From Anaerovoracaceae bacterium (lineage in GTDB: Bacteria > Bacillota > Clostridia > Peptostreptococcales > Anaerovoracaceae): DNA of 64,000 nt. The notes under the pieces are model-generated. The model searched no databases. It saw nothing but the letters and a program-made list of their open reading frames with translations, and was not told the DNA's origin. The DNA lies in NCBI GenBank assembly GCA_045540775.1, contig JAZQHU010000052.1, positions 10,531 to 74,530 on the forward strand. The letters run 5' to 3'. Of the stretch, positions 1 through 9,178 are shown one piece after another. Within the stretch, counting starts at the first letter, position 1, and every line of letters begins with the position of its first letter. The position numbers were made by a program, and so were the translations under genes.

Positions 1-679
1 CTCCGGTATCCTTGCGGTGCCAGCCCGGCTCCAGCACGATCTCTCTTATTACAAAATGAGAAAGTCTTGCAATGTCCGAGATGTTGAAGTTACGCCCGCT
101 CGTCTCGGTGATGCGGTCAACAGACGCCATCTCTATCTTCTCGCTGCGGCATATGTATGCTGCCGCATCATAGAGCTGATTGCCCGTCTCGGTGAATACA
201 CCTGTGACTCCGCGTCTTCTGCGCGGGCTGAAAAGATCATAGATGAGCCTGAGAGACCTGTCTCTCGTCCTCTCCTGATCCATCTGTGCAGCGTATATGT
301 AGCCCTGCTCCTTGACATTCGTCAGCTCGTACTTCTCGACTACCATCTCCTCGTACGAGGTGAACTCATTCAGCTTAATACCGACGGTTTCGGCGAATCT
401 CGTCTGCATCGGCCCGGTGACTCCGCCGCTGACTGCTTCCACAGTAGCAGTGTCCATGGCCACCAGACCCATTATCCACTCACCGAGAGCCTCGGACTTA
501 TAGTGGAATCCCGGAATATAGCTGCCCGGAGCAAACTCGCCCAGCAGCATCCTGCGGCCCTTTTTGCCGTCCCTTACAGGCAGCAGAAAAACCAGCACCT
601 GCCCGTCTGTGACTCTGTAAGCAGTGCCGCCGTCTTCCGTATAATGTACGTAGCCGCCTTTAAGATGGATCTGTTCCAA
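1..679 (-). CDS. ABC transporter, third gene of an NHLM-type bacteriocin export operon (N-terminal ~226 codons only; continues past window start)
   Basis: Absent from the ORF track (TTG start, no stop inside the window). Manual minus-strand translation from TTG at 679 is open to base 1: LEQIHLKGGYVHYTEDGGTAYRVTDGQVLVFLLPVRDGKKGRRMLLGEFAPGSYIPG... An AGGAGAG sits 7 nt upstream, and the start is 12 nt after the stop of the C39-ABC gene. The beta-barrel, cNMP-binding-like N-terminus is typical of the second ABC protein in HlyD/C39-ABC/ABC operons. The + ORF 17..814 is its antisense shadow. Confidence 0.6.
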   Translation of the reverse strand, partial: MEQIHLKGGYVHYTEDGGTAYRVTDGQVLVFLLPVRDGKKGRRMLLGEFAPGSYIPGFHYKSEALGEWIMGLVAMDTATVEAVSGGVTGPMQTRFAETVGIKLNEFTSYEEMVVEKYELTNVKEQGYIYAAQMDQERTRDRSLRLIYDLFSPRRRRGVTGVFTETGNQLYDAAAYICRSEKIEMASVDRITETSGRNFNISDIARLSHFVIREIVLEPGWHRKDTG

Positions 680-691
680 GTGATGTCTCTC

Positions 692-2836
692 CTACATATT
701 GCTGATAAGTCTCTGATAGTGTCCCGGTACCTTGGCGAGCTCTTCATGGCTGCCCCTCTGCACTATCTTTCCCTGTTCCATGACGATGATCTCGTCACAG
801 TCTCTGATGGCTGACAGTCTGTGCGCTACTATGATGCACGTGCAGCCTCTTCTCTTTATATTGTCGATTATCTGTTTCTCAACTATCGGGTCAAGAGCAC
901 TGGTCGCCTCATCCATGATGAGGATGCTCGGATTGCATACGAGCGCTCTTGCTATCTCAAGCCTCTGTCTCTGTCCTCCCGACAGGTTGCTGCCGCCCTC
1001 AGACAGCTCGTAGCTGTAGGCTCCCGGCTTGGTCGTGATGAAGTCGTGGATGCACGCATCCTTGGCAGCCTTGACCATGTCTTCCTTGCTTATGTACTTG
1101 TCCCACAGGGTCATGTTGTCCTTGATGGAACCCGAGAACAGTGTGATGGTCTGGCTGACCGTCGAAATGCTCGATGAGAGTATCTCCGGCGGGATCTGTG
1201 ATACAGGCACACCGTCCATCCTTATCTCTCCTGTCCACGGAACGTATAGCCCCGAGCACAGCTTGGACACTGTTGACTTTCCGCTTCCGGATGCTCCGAC
1301 GAAAGCTATCGACTGACCAGGCTCCAGATGGAAGCTGAAGTCCGAAACGATAGGATCCTTGAGGATGTCGTATCCGAATGACAGGTTGTCGAGCTCGACT
1401 TCACCCTGAAGCTTTTCCGAGAGGTCGGTGTACTCTGTTACCGAGTATCTGCTGTCCTGCTCGTACTTCATTATGTCGTTGACCCTGGCCATGTCTGCCC
1501 TGGTCGTCTCTATCTTCTGGATGAATGCCGCAACTGCAGTTACCGGCTGTGTGAACGAAGCCTGCAGCGATGTGTAGGCAATAAGTGAACCGGCTGTCAT
1601 GCTGCCTCTGATGACGAGAACACCGCCCGCTATCAGTACTAAGACATTGATGAGATTGTTCGTGACCTCCGGTATGGCGTTCAGCATCTCCTGGCGCATA
1701 CCCATGTTCTGCTCGGTGTTGATGCTCTTGGCATAGTTGCCCTGAAGCCTGCTGATGAACTCATTCTCGGTACCTGATGCCTTGAGTGTGCTCGTTATGC
1801 GAAGTCCGCTGAACAGCACGCCGATGAGCTTACTCTGATCCTGCTGAGCCTTCATCGACATGTTCGACAGGTACTCAGAGCTCTTCTTCATGGCGATCAT
1901 GTTGGCCGCTGTTATAACTACGATCAGCATCGTCAGAAGCGGGCTGTAGATCAGCAGTATGATGAGATACAGCGGAGCTACTATCGCATTCAGCATCACA
2001 TCCGCGAGGTCAGTTGTCAGGAACGTCGTGACCTTCTCATTGTTCTGTATCCTGTTGGAGAGGTCACCTGTGTACCTCTGGTCGAAGAATGACACCGGCA
2101 GCCTCAGCATGTGCCAGAGCAGCCTGTATCCCGACAGCATCGCCATCTTGTTCTGCAGCCTGTGCATCAGTCTGCCCCTGTAGTAGGTGAGCGCCGCCTT
2201 GAACACCATGGTCCCCAGCATCGCGAACAGAAGCGCAGTTACCCAGTCGTCATTGCCTCCGAGGAGGATGTCGTCAATGAACACCTTGGAGAATACCGGC
2301 ACAACGATACCCGGTATCATGAGGAAGAACCCGAGACACACAAGAGCGTTGACCGCGCCGAACTGGCCTCTCAGTCTCTGCAGCACGAAAGTGCGCATCG
2401 TCTCGCTTTCATGGCTCTTCTCAAATGCGTCTGTAGGGGCAAAAGTCAGGACTACACCCGTAAAGCAGTCGTCGATGTCCTCAACTGTCAGCTTGCGCCT
2501 TCCCTGCGCCGGATCGTTGATGTAGCATGCGTCGCCCTTGCGGCCTTCCCATACTACGAAGTGATTGAAATTCCAGTGTATGATACAAGGAACGGGCAGC
2601 TCAAACAGGCCGTCAAGGTCCTTTCTGTATCCGTGGACCTCGAGGCCGAATTTCTTGCCTGCCCGCATTATATTCTTCATATTGCAGCCGTCTCTCGAAA
2701 CACCCGTCTCTATACGGAGCTTCTCAAGCGGCAGACTTTTGCCAAAATACCCCAGCACCATCGCAAGTGAGGCCGCTCCGCATTCGGTGGCCTCCATCTG
2801 GTATACTGTTGGGGTTTTGACGTAAGATTTGCTCAT
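692..2836 (-). CDS. Bacteriocin-processing ABC transporter with active C39 peptidase domain
   Basis: 714 aa. N-terminal C39 domain with catalytic residues intact (QMEATECGAAS Cys, IHWNFNHFVVW His, INDPA Asp). TM domain follows. Walker A GASGSGKST, signature LSGGQRQR, Walker B ILIMDEATSALD. Confidence 0.9.
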   Translation of the reverse strand: MSKSYVKTPTVYQMEATECGAASLAMVLGYFGKSLPLEKLRIETGVSRDGCNMKNIMRAGKKFGLEVHGYRKDLDGLFELPVPCIIHWNFNHFVVWEGRKGDACYINDPAQGRRKLTVEDIDDCFTGVVLTFAPTDAFEKSHESETMRTFVLQRLRGQFGAVNALVCLGFFLMIPGIVVPVFSKVFIDDILLGGNDDWVTALLFAMLGTMVFKAALTYYRGRLMHRLQNKMAMLSGYRLLWHMLRLPVSFFDQRYTGDLSNRIQNNEKVTTFLTTDLADVMLNAIVAPLYLIILLIYSPLLTMLIVVITAANMIAMKKSSEYLSNMSMKAQQDQSKLIGVLFSGLRITSTLKASGTENEFISRLQGNYAKSINTEQNMGMRQEMLNAIPEVTNNLINVLVLIAGGVLVIRGSMTAGSLIAYTSLQASFTQPVTAVAAFIQKIETTRADMARVNDIMKYEQDSRYSVTEYTDLSEKLQGEVELDNLSFGYDILKDPIVSDFSFHLEPGQSIAFVGASGSGKSTVSKLCSGLYVPWTGEIRMDGVPVSQIPPEILSSSISTVSQTITLFSGSIKDNMTLWDKYISKEDMVKAAKDACIHDFITTKPGAYSYELSEGGSNLSGGQRQRLEIARALVCNPSILIMDEATSALDPIVEKQIIDNIKRRGCTCIIVAHRLSAIRDCDEIIVMEQGKIVQRGSHEELAKVPGHYQRLISNM

Positions 2837-2911
2837 TAAGTAATATCCTTAGTGTTAGTTATCGGCAGCTGATGCCAGACGATCTGTGTTTCTGCCCTCA
2901 GATGATTTTTC

Positions 2912-4591
2912 CTAATTGGCGCCATTCTGGGCATTCTGCTGCAGCTGCTCCTGTGAGTGGTCAACAGAAAGCTTCTCCTTGATGTACGGGATCAGCATGG
3001 TTATAGGCGCCTTCTCCTCAGTGACTATATCCGCATTGATAACTGTACCTTCTTCAAGAGTAACATCTGCGCCCTTCTTGCTCGACCACTTGTATCCGCT
3101 GGCCGTGCTGCTGTCCTCTGTAAGTCTGCAGTTGACTCTTACTACCGGTCCGCTCTGCTGGAATACCTGAACGAGAGTCGGGTCTCCCAGCTGGTTCTGC
3201 ATGTCTTCAGCCGAGACTACAGTGCTTGATACCTTTACGACCTCACCTTCCATGTGGCCGTATTCCTGCTTGTTGACCGTCGACGGATATACGACGATCT
3301 TCATGCCGGCCTTGATCTTCTTGCCATCGGATACAGGTACATAGCATGTGACACCGGTATCGTCAGCTCCTGTCGAAGTGATCTTGCAGATCGTTGTGCC
3401 CTGACCGACAGCGTTGCCTTCGACAATGTTGAGTCCGCTGACCTTTCCGTTGACTCTTGATGTAAGAGTCATTGCATCTACTGCGCGGCTCTGCTTGTCT
3501 ATCTCCTGATTGAGCTGATCGAGAATGCTGCCCTTGGCTGCTACGAACTGCTCTTCGAGAGCGGACATCTGATCATTTTTGCCAGCCCTGTCTCCGGTCA
3601 CCTTCGCCTCCATCTGCGAAACGGTATCCTGAAGCTGCTTCTGAGCAGCTTTCTCATTGTTATAGACTGACAGAGCTGTGTTGTATTTCGTCTGGGCATT
3701 GCCTACTTCAAGCTCTTTCTTCTTGGCAGCCGCCTCTTTATCATCCATATTCTTCAGAGCAGAATCATATTTCTTCTTATAGCTCCGGAATCCTTCAAGG
3801 ATCTTTTCGAGTTTTTCTTTCTCTGCCTTCTGCTCCGGCACAGTTTCGTCCTGCATATTGATAAGTGTCTGCAGATTAAACTCTATCTTGTCCACATCGG
3901 TGAGATCTATCCCCGTAGGAGCGACATGATTCTGAATATAGTTGGTCAATGTCGTTTCTTCCTTGGCGAATTCTTCCTGTGCCTTCTTAAAACTCTTGCT
4001 CAGTGAAACCAGCTCGTTCTGTCTCTTCTTCATTGTACTCTCGGCAGAGTTCATGGTGCTCTTAGCGGAGCTTGTCGTCCCTCTCTGCCTGGACAGCGCC
4101 CGGTACCTTTCCCTCAGTGCTGCCTGGTCTGCCGAAAGTGCGCTTCCGGACAGCTCAGACTGCGCCTTGATGTCCAGAAGCGGCTTGGTATCTGCAGTAG
4201 CAGGATCCCCATACGAGTAGAATGTGACCACTTCCACGTCATCCCTTCGCGCGATCAGCCTGTCGAGTTCAGTCTGATACATTTCATCATCCAGCTTTGC
4301 TATCTTCTCGCCGGCAGTGACCGTGTCTCCTTCCGCAACGAATACTTCCTGAACTATTCCGTCAGCCTCAGCAACTACGGTGTGCATGCCGTCTTTTCCC
4401 ATGTAAATACCGTTCGCGTTTACATTTACCGGAAGCCTTCCGAATATAGACCATATAAGCGCAACTGCTATGATAAGTCCCCCGCCTATCGCAGCTATCC
4501 AGAATGAAGGCGAAATAATGGTTATCGCCTTATCCAGCTGCTCAGGAGATGATAATTTATCTAATGACGATTTTCTGAAAATATCCGCCAT
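2912..4591 (-). CDS. HlyD-family membrane fusion / secretion protein
   Basis: 559 aa. N-terminal TM anchor (FWIAAIGGGLIIAVALIWSIF), long coiled-coil middle, beta-rich C-terminus. First gene of the operon with the two ABC genes. Confidence 0.85.
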   Translation of the reverse strand: MADIFRKSSLDKLSSPEQLDKAITIISPSFWIAAIGGGLIIAVALIWSIFGRLPVNVNANGIYMGKDGMHTVVAEADGIVQEVFVAEGDTVTAGEKIAKLDDEMYQTELDRLIARRDDVEVVTFYSYGDPATADTKPLLDIKAQSELSGSALSADQAALRERYRALSRQRGTTSSAKSTMNSAESTMKKRQNELVSLSKSFKKAQEEFAKEETTLTNYIQNHVAPTGIDLTDVDKIEFNLQTLINMQDETVPEQKAEKEKLEKILEGFRSYKKKYDSALKNMDDKEAAAKKKELEVGNAQTKYNTALSVYNNEKAAQKQLQDTVSQMEAKVTGDRAGKNDQMSALEEQFVAAKGSILDQLNQEIDKQSRAVDAMTLTSRVNGKVSGLNIVEGNAVGQGTTICKITSTGADDTGVTCYVPVSDGKKIKAGMKIVVYPSTVNKQEYGHMEGEVVKVSSTVVSAEDMQNQLGDPTLVQVFQQSGPVVRVNCRLTEDSSTASGYKWSSKKGADVTLEEGTVINADIVTEEKAPITMLIPYIKEKLSVDHSQEQLQQNAQNGAN

Positions 4592-5074
4592 GGTTCCTCC
4601 GTGGTCCCTGTAATAATTACATACCTATACATAGTTGATTTTAACTCACACCTGCCCTTCTTTCAATCCCTGAAGGGCCTGACTGCAGGCCTTTGCAGAA
4701 TCCGGAAACAGGACACACGCTTATCCTGCAATGACCATGCGGTCATTGTTGCCGGGGAAAGCCTGTCGAGTACCAGGCGGCAGAGCATCCGGTACACAGT
4801 ATAAGATTCCGAACATATCGAGTTTCATTCTTTGCCAACGTTCGGCTTTGAGTTGCACCTTCGCCCTAATGGTCTCATTTTGCCCCGAATACTTTTCATG
4901 TTTTTATTTTTGCAATTGAGGACCTCTTACAGCCGTACTAAAATTGACATGTAAATTAAAGGAGAAGGTGTTTTTGTTAATACCTTCTCTGCTTTATTTC
5001 CCGGAGAGACTGTTGGCCCTCCGGCAGTAAAAAAAACTCAGAACTGAGCGTATTATATGGAAAGAAGGTATTTT

Positions 5075-6415
5075 ATGGAAAAGTTCTTCAAACTTCAGGA
5101 GCACGGAACTGATGTAAGGACTGAGATGATCGCAGGTGCTACCACGTTCCTGTCGATGGTCTACATCCTCGCAGTCAACCCGAGCATCCTCTCCGCATGC
5201 GGCATGGACAGCGCGTCCGTCTTCACTGCAACAGCAGTATCCGCAGCATTCGCTACACTCTGCATGGCATTCCTTGCCAATTACCCTGTAGCACTCGCAT
5301 CCGGCATGGGCCTCAATGCTTATTTTGCATTCACCGTATGCCCTATGGTAGGTACTGACAAGCCTTGGGAAGTTGCACTTGCTGCAGTACTCTGCGAAGG
5401 TATCGTTTTCATCCTGCTCTCGTTCACTAACTTCAGAGAGTCGCTCGTCAACGACATCCCGCAGAACCTCAAGTCCTCGATCTCCGTTGGTATCGGTCTC
5501 TTCATCGCTATCATCGGACTCAAGAACTCCGGCGCTGTAAGCGTTACAACTGAGAACGGCATTGCACTCGGAAACCTCGCTGACGCAGGAATCTGCCTCT
5601 CACTCGTAGGTATCCTGGTCATCGCTTTCCTTGCACACAAGGGAGCCAAGGGCGCTATCTTCTACGGCATCCTGATTACATGGGTACTCGGAATGATCGC
5701 TCAGGCTATCGGCTGGTATGTACCGGATCCTGAAGCAGGCGTATACAGCGTATATCCTAACTTTGCTATCAGCGGCGTCAAGATGGACTACTTCTTCTCA
5801 TTCGACTTTGAGTGGATCGGAGCTCACATCCTTGACTTCGTAGTAATCGTATTCTCCTTCCTGTATGTAGACATCTTCGATACAGTCGGAACGCTCATCG
5901 GAGTAGCTGCCAAGGCTGACCTCCTCGACGAGGACGGCAAGCTGCCTAACGCTAAGCAGGCTCTCCTCTCCGACGCTATCGGAACATGCGTTGGTGCTAT
6001 CTGCGGAACATCCACAGTAACATCCTTCGTTGAGTCTTCAGCAGGCGCTGCAGCAGGCGGCAAGACAGGACTGACTTCCGTAACAACAGGAATCCTCTTC
6101 CTCGTCTCCCTGATCCTGTCACCACTCTTCCTCTCCGTACCGGGCTTCGCAACAACACCTGCCCTGGTATACGTAGGATACCTGATGATGACACAGATCA
6201 AGAACGTACAGTTCGAAGGCGTACCGATGTCCGACGTCATTTCCGCATTCCTCGCGATCATCATGATGCCATTCACATCATCCATCGCAAACGGAATCAT
6301 GTTCGGAATCATCTCCTACCTCGTACTCAGAACACTCGAGGGTAAGGCTAAGGACGTTAAGCCTGTAATGTGGATCTCCGGAGTCCTCTTCGTACTCTAC
6401 ATGATCGTAGGCTAA
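5075..6415 (+). CDS. NCS2/AzgA-family purine (adenine/guanine/hypoxanthine) permease
   Basis: N-terminus MEKFFKLQEHGTDVRTEMIAGATTFLSMVYILAVNP is typical of PbuG/AzgA permeases, and the protein is polytopic. The start was moved to the ATG at 5075, which follows GGAAAGAAGG. Confidence 0.85.
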   Translation: MEKFFKLQEHGTDVRTEMIAGATTFLSMVYILAVNPSILSACGMDSASVFTATAVSAAFATLCMAFLANYPVALASGMGLNAYFAFTVCPMVGTDKPWEVALAAVLCEGIVFILLSFTNFRESLVNDIPQNLKSSISVGIGLFIAIIGLKNSGAVSVTTENGIALGNLADAGICLSLVGILVIAFLAHKGAKGAIFYGILITWVLGMIAQAIGWYVPDPEAGVYSVYPNFAISGVKMDYFFSFDFEWIGAHILDFVVIVFSFLYVDIFDTVGTLIGVAAKADLLDEDGKLPNAKQALLSDAIGTCVGAICGTSTVTSFVESSAGAAAGGKTGLTSVTTGILFLVSLILSPLFLSVPGFATTPALVYVGYLMMTQIKNVQFEGVPMSDVISAFLAIIMMPFTSSIANGIMFGIISYLVLRTLEGKAKDVKPVMWISGVLFVLYMIVG

Positions 6416-6416
6416 T

Positions 6417-6450
6417 CTGACATTGGGGACGGTTCTCATTGTCAGCTTTT
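6417..6450 (+). repeat. REP-like 27-bp hairpin element (copy 1), terminator-like
   Basis: CTGACATTGGGGACGGTTCTCATTGTCAG followed by CTTTT, 2 nt after the permease stop. Same element as at 46532, 46566, 49085 and 50906. Confidence 0.8.
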
Positions 6451-6611
6451 GTGTCAACTGAGACTGTCCTTTCTGACACACTATCGAATCAGAACAAAAC
6501 AAAACTTGCGGAATCGCTGTTCACGGTTCCGCAAGTTTTTTCTTTAGTTATTAACAGCTGCTGCCTGTCTTCTTTCCTGTCAGCTCTGCATGTAGCTTCT
6601 ATCCTGCAGCT

Positions 6612-8492
6612 CTATATGTGAGTCATAGCGGCCGTTGTTACCTCTGCTGTCAGCACTGTCTCGGCAATGACCCTCGCTACAATAGGTGTAACGTTGAACG
6701 TTTCCTGTTCCTCTTCCGGCTGTTCCTCTTCTTTCTCCAGCTCCTCTACAGGCAGTAAATCCCAGCCGCCTGAGGCTCCTCCGTCGGAAAAGCTTCCGCT
6801 GCCACCGGATGACGAAGAGATCGTAAATCCGATCAGGTACAGCCCGCTCTCAGTAATATCTGCTAACAGTGATGATCCCGTTCCGCTGGCAACGATAGAA
6901 GCATCATCCTTATCTACACGAATGAGATAGTAAGTTCTGCCGCTTTTTCTGAGATATTCCGGGATCATAATCCTGAGTCTGGAACCCGTGGCTATCTTGA
7001 AGACCTTCTCCAGCGGACCCATGTTATGACTCTTGAATAATCCGAGATCGAAGAACATACCCCTTATGATATTTTTGCTCTTCAGTGTTGAATCAGTGCT
7101 GCATATATCTGCATCTCTGTCATCCAGAGAAGCAGCACTGACATTCTTAGATATCACCCGTGTATATCCGTCTTCCCATCTTTTCAGTCTGGTTTTATCA
7201 GAGAGAAGGATCGCACTTGCCGCAGCTACAGGGTCGTCAGCAGATACCGTGATTCCATAGTTGACGAAGGTCACTATAGGCTGTCTGAAATACACATCGA
7301 TCTCTATGTCACTGTCACCTATAGTGAAAGTCTGCGGGCCTGTCACTGTCTTGCCGTTGATCTTCACGGACTGGAGCTCATAAGTGTCTAAAGGTTCATA
7401 CGAGATGGTCACCTTTTCTCCGACTCTGAGTTCCTTCTCGCCATAACGAAGATATCTTGTACTGCCACCTTCAGTAACGGCATTGATAGGCTTTCCGTTC
7501 AGAAGCACTGCTCCTCCATGAGGATGGCCTCTGTACCTTATACTCTCGTAATACTCATTGTCTTTCTGGATATAACTGTATGAGTACGTGTAGACTTCAA
7601 CCTTTACCAGGCGATGTGCGAGCCTCGCCATGTCCGGAGTCATTTCGATCGGTCCGCAGGTTCCATCTATTATCATATCGCCATTAGATGCGTTCGCAGT
7701 AACAGTGAACGTATATGCCGCTGTCCCTACGAATTCCAGAAGTTCTGCAAAAGCCTCTTTCTCGTATATGTTCAGCGATAGGCTGTCTACCTTGACCGGG
7801 AAAATACTGCCCCCGGATCCGCCTTCTTTCCTCTTGTAAGCGACTCTTACCCCGTATGTTGCAGCACCATCAATTGCATTCCAGGACAGTATTCCGGTGG
7901 ACTCGTTATACTTAACGTCCAGCTTGAGCTCCTTCTGGTCATCAGTGGTATTTCCGGTCGCCCCACTGGCATTCGCATCTGTTGCTGCGGTCAGCGCATT
8001 TGCGTTAGCGGCTCCACGCAAAACAGCTTTCTTTTCTGTTCCGGAAGGTGCTGTATCGTCGGAACCCTCCGTGTCTTCGCCGGTTACATCAGAAGGCTGC
8101 TGTCCTGATGCATCAGCACTCTGCTCCTTGGCCGCTTCGTCAGAAACATCGCTGACCTCAGGATTCTGCGTTTCAACGGCATTTTCAGAAGCAGGTGAAT
8201 CCGCTGTGCTGTCTTCTGCAGTTGCGCTGGCTGTCACGCTTGCTGGTTCGCTTGCCGGCGTACTGACTGGCGTGCTCGCAGGTGCACTTACGGGTGCGCT
8301 GTTTGACACACTTGCTGCAGTGCCGGCATCTGTGTTATTTACCTCATTTACAGTTGCCGGCTCACTGCCTGCTGCAGGTTCTGTGTCCGCCCATACATAC
8401 GGGCCCGACATGATACCGCCCAGTGTGATCACCGTAGCGAACACAAGAGCAGCTACCCACGCAGACATCCAGCTGATGTTCTTTTTTCTCAT
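6612..8492 (-). CDS. Secreted/cell-surface protein, hypothetical
   Basis: 626 aa. Signal peptide (MRKKNISWMSAWVAALVFATVITLGG), then a long Ala/Ser/Pro/Thr/Glu-rich low-complexity region, a beta-rich body, and a Ser/Gly-rich plus acidic tail. No recognisable catalytic motif. Confidence 0.6.
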   Translation of the reverse strand: MRKKNISWMSAWVAALVFATVITLGGIMSGPYVWADTEPAAGSEPATVNEVNNTDAGTAASVSNSAPVSAPASTPVSTPASEPASVTASATAEDSTADSPASENAVETQNPEVSDVSDEAAKEQSADASGQQPSDVTGEDTEGSDDTAPSGTEKKAVLRGAANANALTAATDANASGATGNTTDDQKELKLDVKYNESTGILSWNAIDGAATYGVRVAYKRKEGGSGGSIFPVKVDSLSLNIYEKEAFAELLEFVGTAAYTFTVTANASNGDMIIDGTCGPIEMTPDMARLAHRLVKVEVYTYSYSYIQKDNEYYESIRYRGHPHGGAVLLNGKPINAVTEGGSTRYLRYGEKELRVGEKVTISYEPLDTYELQSVKINGKTVTGPQTFTIGDSDIEIDVYFRQPIVTFVNYGITVSADDPVAAASAILLSDKTRLKRWEDGYTRVISKNVSAASLDDRDADICSTDSTLKSKNIIRGMFFDLGLFKSHNMGPLEKVFKIATGSRLRIMIPEYLRKSGRTYYLIRVDKDDASIVASGTGSSLLADITESGLYLIGFTISSSSGGSGSFSDGGASGGWDLLPVEELEKEEEQPEEEQETFNVTPIVARVIAETVLTAEVTTAAMTHI

Positions 8493-8604
8493 CTCTCTTC
8501 TCCTGATCTCTAAGAAGCAATACTCTTCTGTTATATATACAATATATTATGTGTTATATCGACTTCAATTCTTCCGGCTTCTGTGAACAGTATAATCCTC
8601 TGTT

Positions 8605-9174
8605 TTACGCGTCCTGGTCCTCCAGCTTCTTGCGTGCGTCCTTGACCAGCGACTGGATGTTGTCTCTGAACACCATGTTGACACCATTCTCGATACGGTC
8701 CTTCATGAAGTTGGCACGGGATTTTGCATCAGGCGTGCTGCCTGAAATGAGCACCGTCTTCATGACCTTCATGAGGAACTTGTCCATTCCCTGTACCGAT
8801 GCCGGATCATACCTGCCGCCGAGTATGTACAGGATTGAGCGGTTCTCGTTCTTAGGGTCGAGCTTGCCGATGCTGTAGCCCCACACCTGAGCGTAATTGT
8901 CCGCCGTCTCGTCAGCCATTCCGACGCCGAATACTATCAGCTTCTGCATAAGTTCAGCATCCAGCAGTTTTCCGAATTTGTCAAAATCCACGATGCCGCT
9001 GCCTCTGATCCATCCGCCGTAAATGATGCAGTCGTATTCGTACAGGTTTATGTCCTTCATGCGCGGGTCTGAGAAAGCCACCGCCTCGCATCCGAGGTCT
9101 TCTGCGATCCATTCCGCATATTGTTTTGTGCTTCCGCGCTTGGAAGTATAGATGACTATTGCTTTCTTGCTCAT
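8605..9174 (-). CDS. Flavodoxin-domain protein
   Basis: 189 aa. N-terminal KAIVIYTSKRGSTKQYAEWIAEDLG flavodoxin-type FMN loop. Tightly coupled to the dnaE stop. Confidence 0.65.
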   Translation of the reverse strand: MSKKAIVIYTSKRGSTKQYAEWIAEDLGCEAVAFSDPRMKDINLYEYDCIIYGGWIRGSGIVDFDKFGKLLDAELMQKLIVFGVGMADETADNYAQVWGYSIGKLDPKNENRSILYILGGRYDPASVQGMDKFLMKVMKTVLISGSTPDAKSRANFMKDRIENGVNMVFRDNIQSLVKDARKKLEDQDA

Positions 9175-9178
9175 TTCC

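Noticed and set aside
17-814. 265-aa + strand ORF at the window start
   Set aside because: It is antisense to an uninterrupted minus-strand frame with ABC-partner features (TTG start at 679), and it overlaps the 3' end of the C39-ABC gene. Its sequence is low-information with no motifs.
4920-5074. Purine riboswitch upstream of the purine permease
   Set aside because: No conserved purine-riboswitch core (the U/C-rich junctions and loop-loop motifs) is recognisable. Only two generic hairpins are present.
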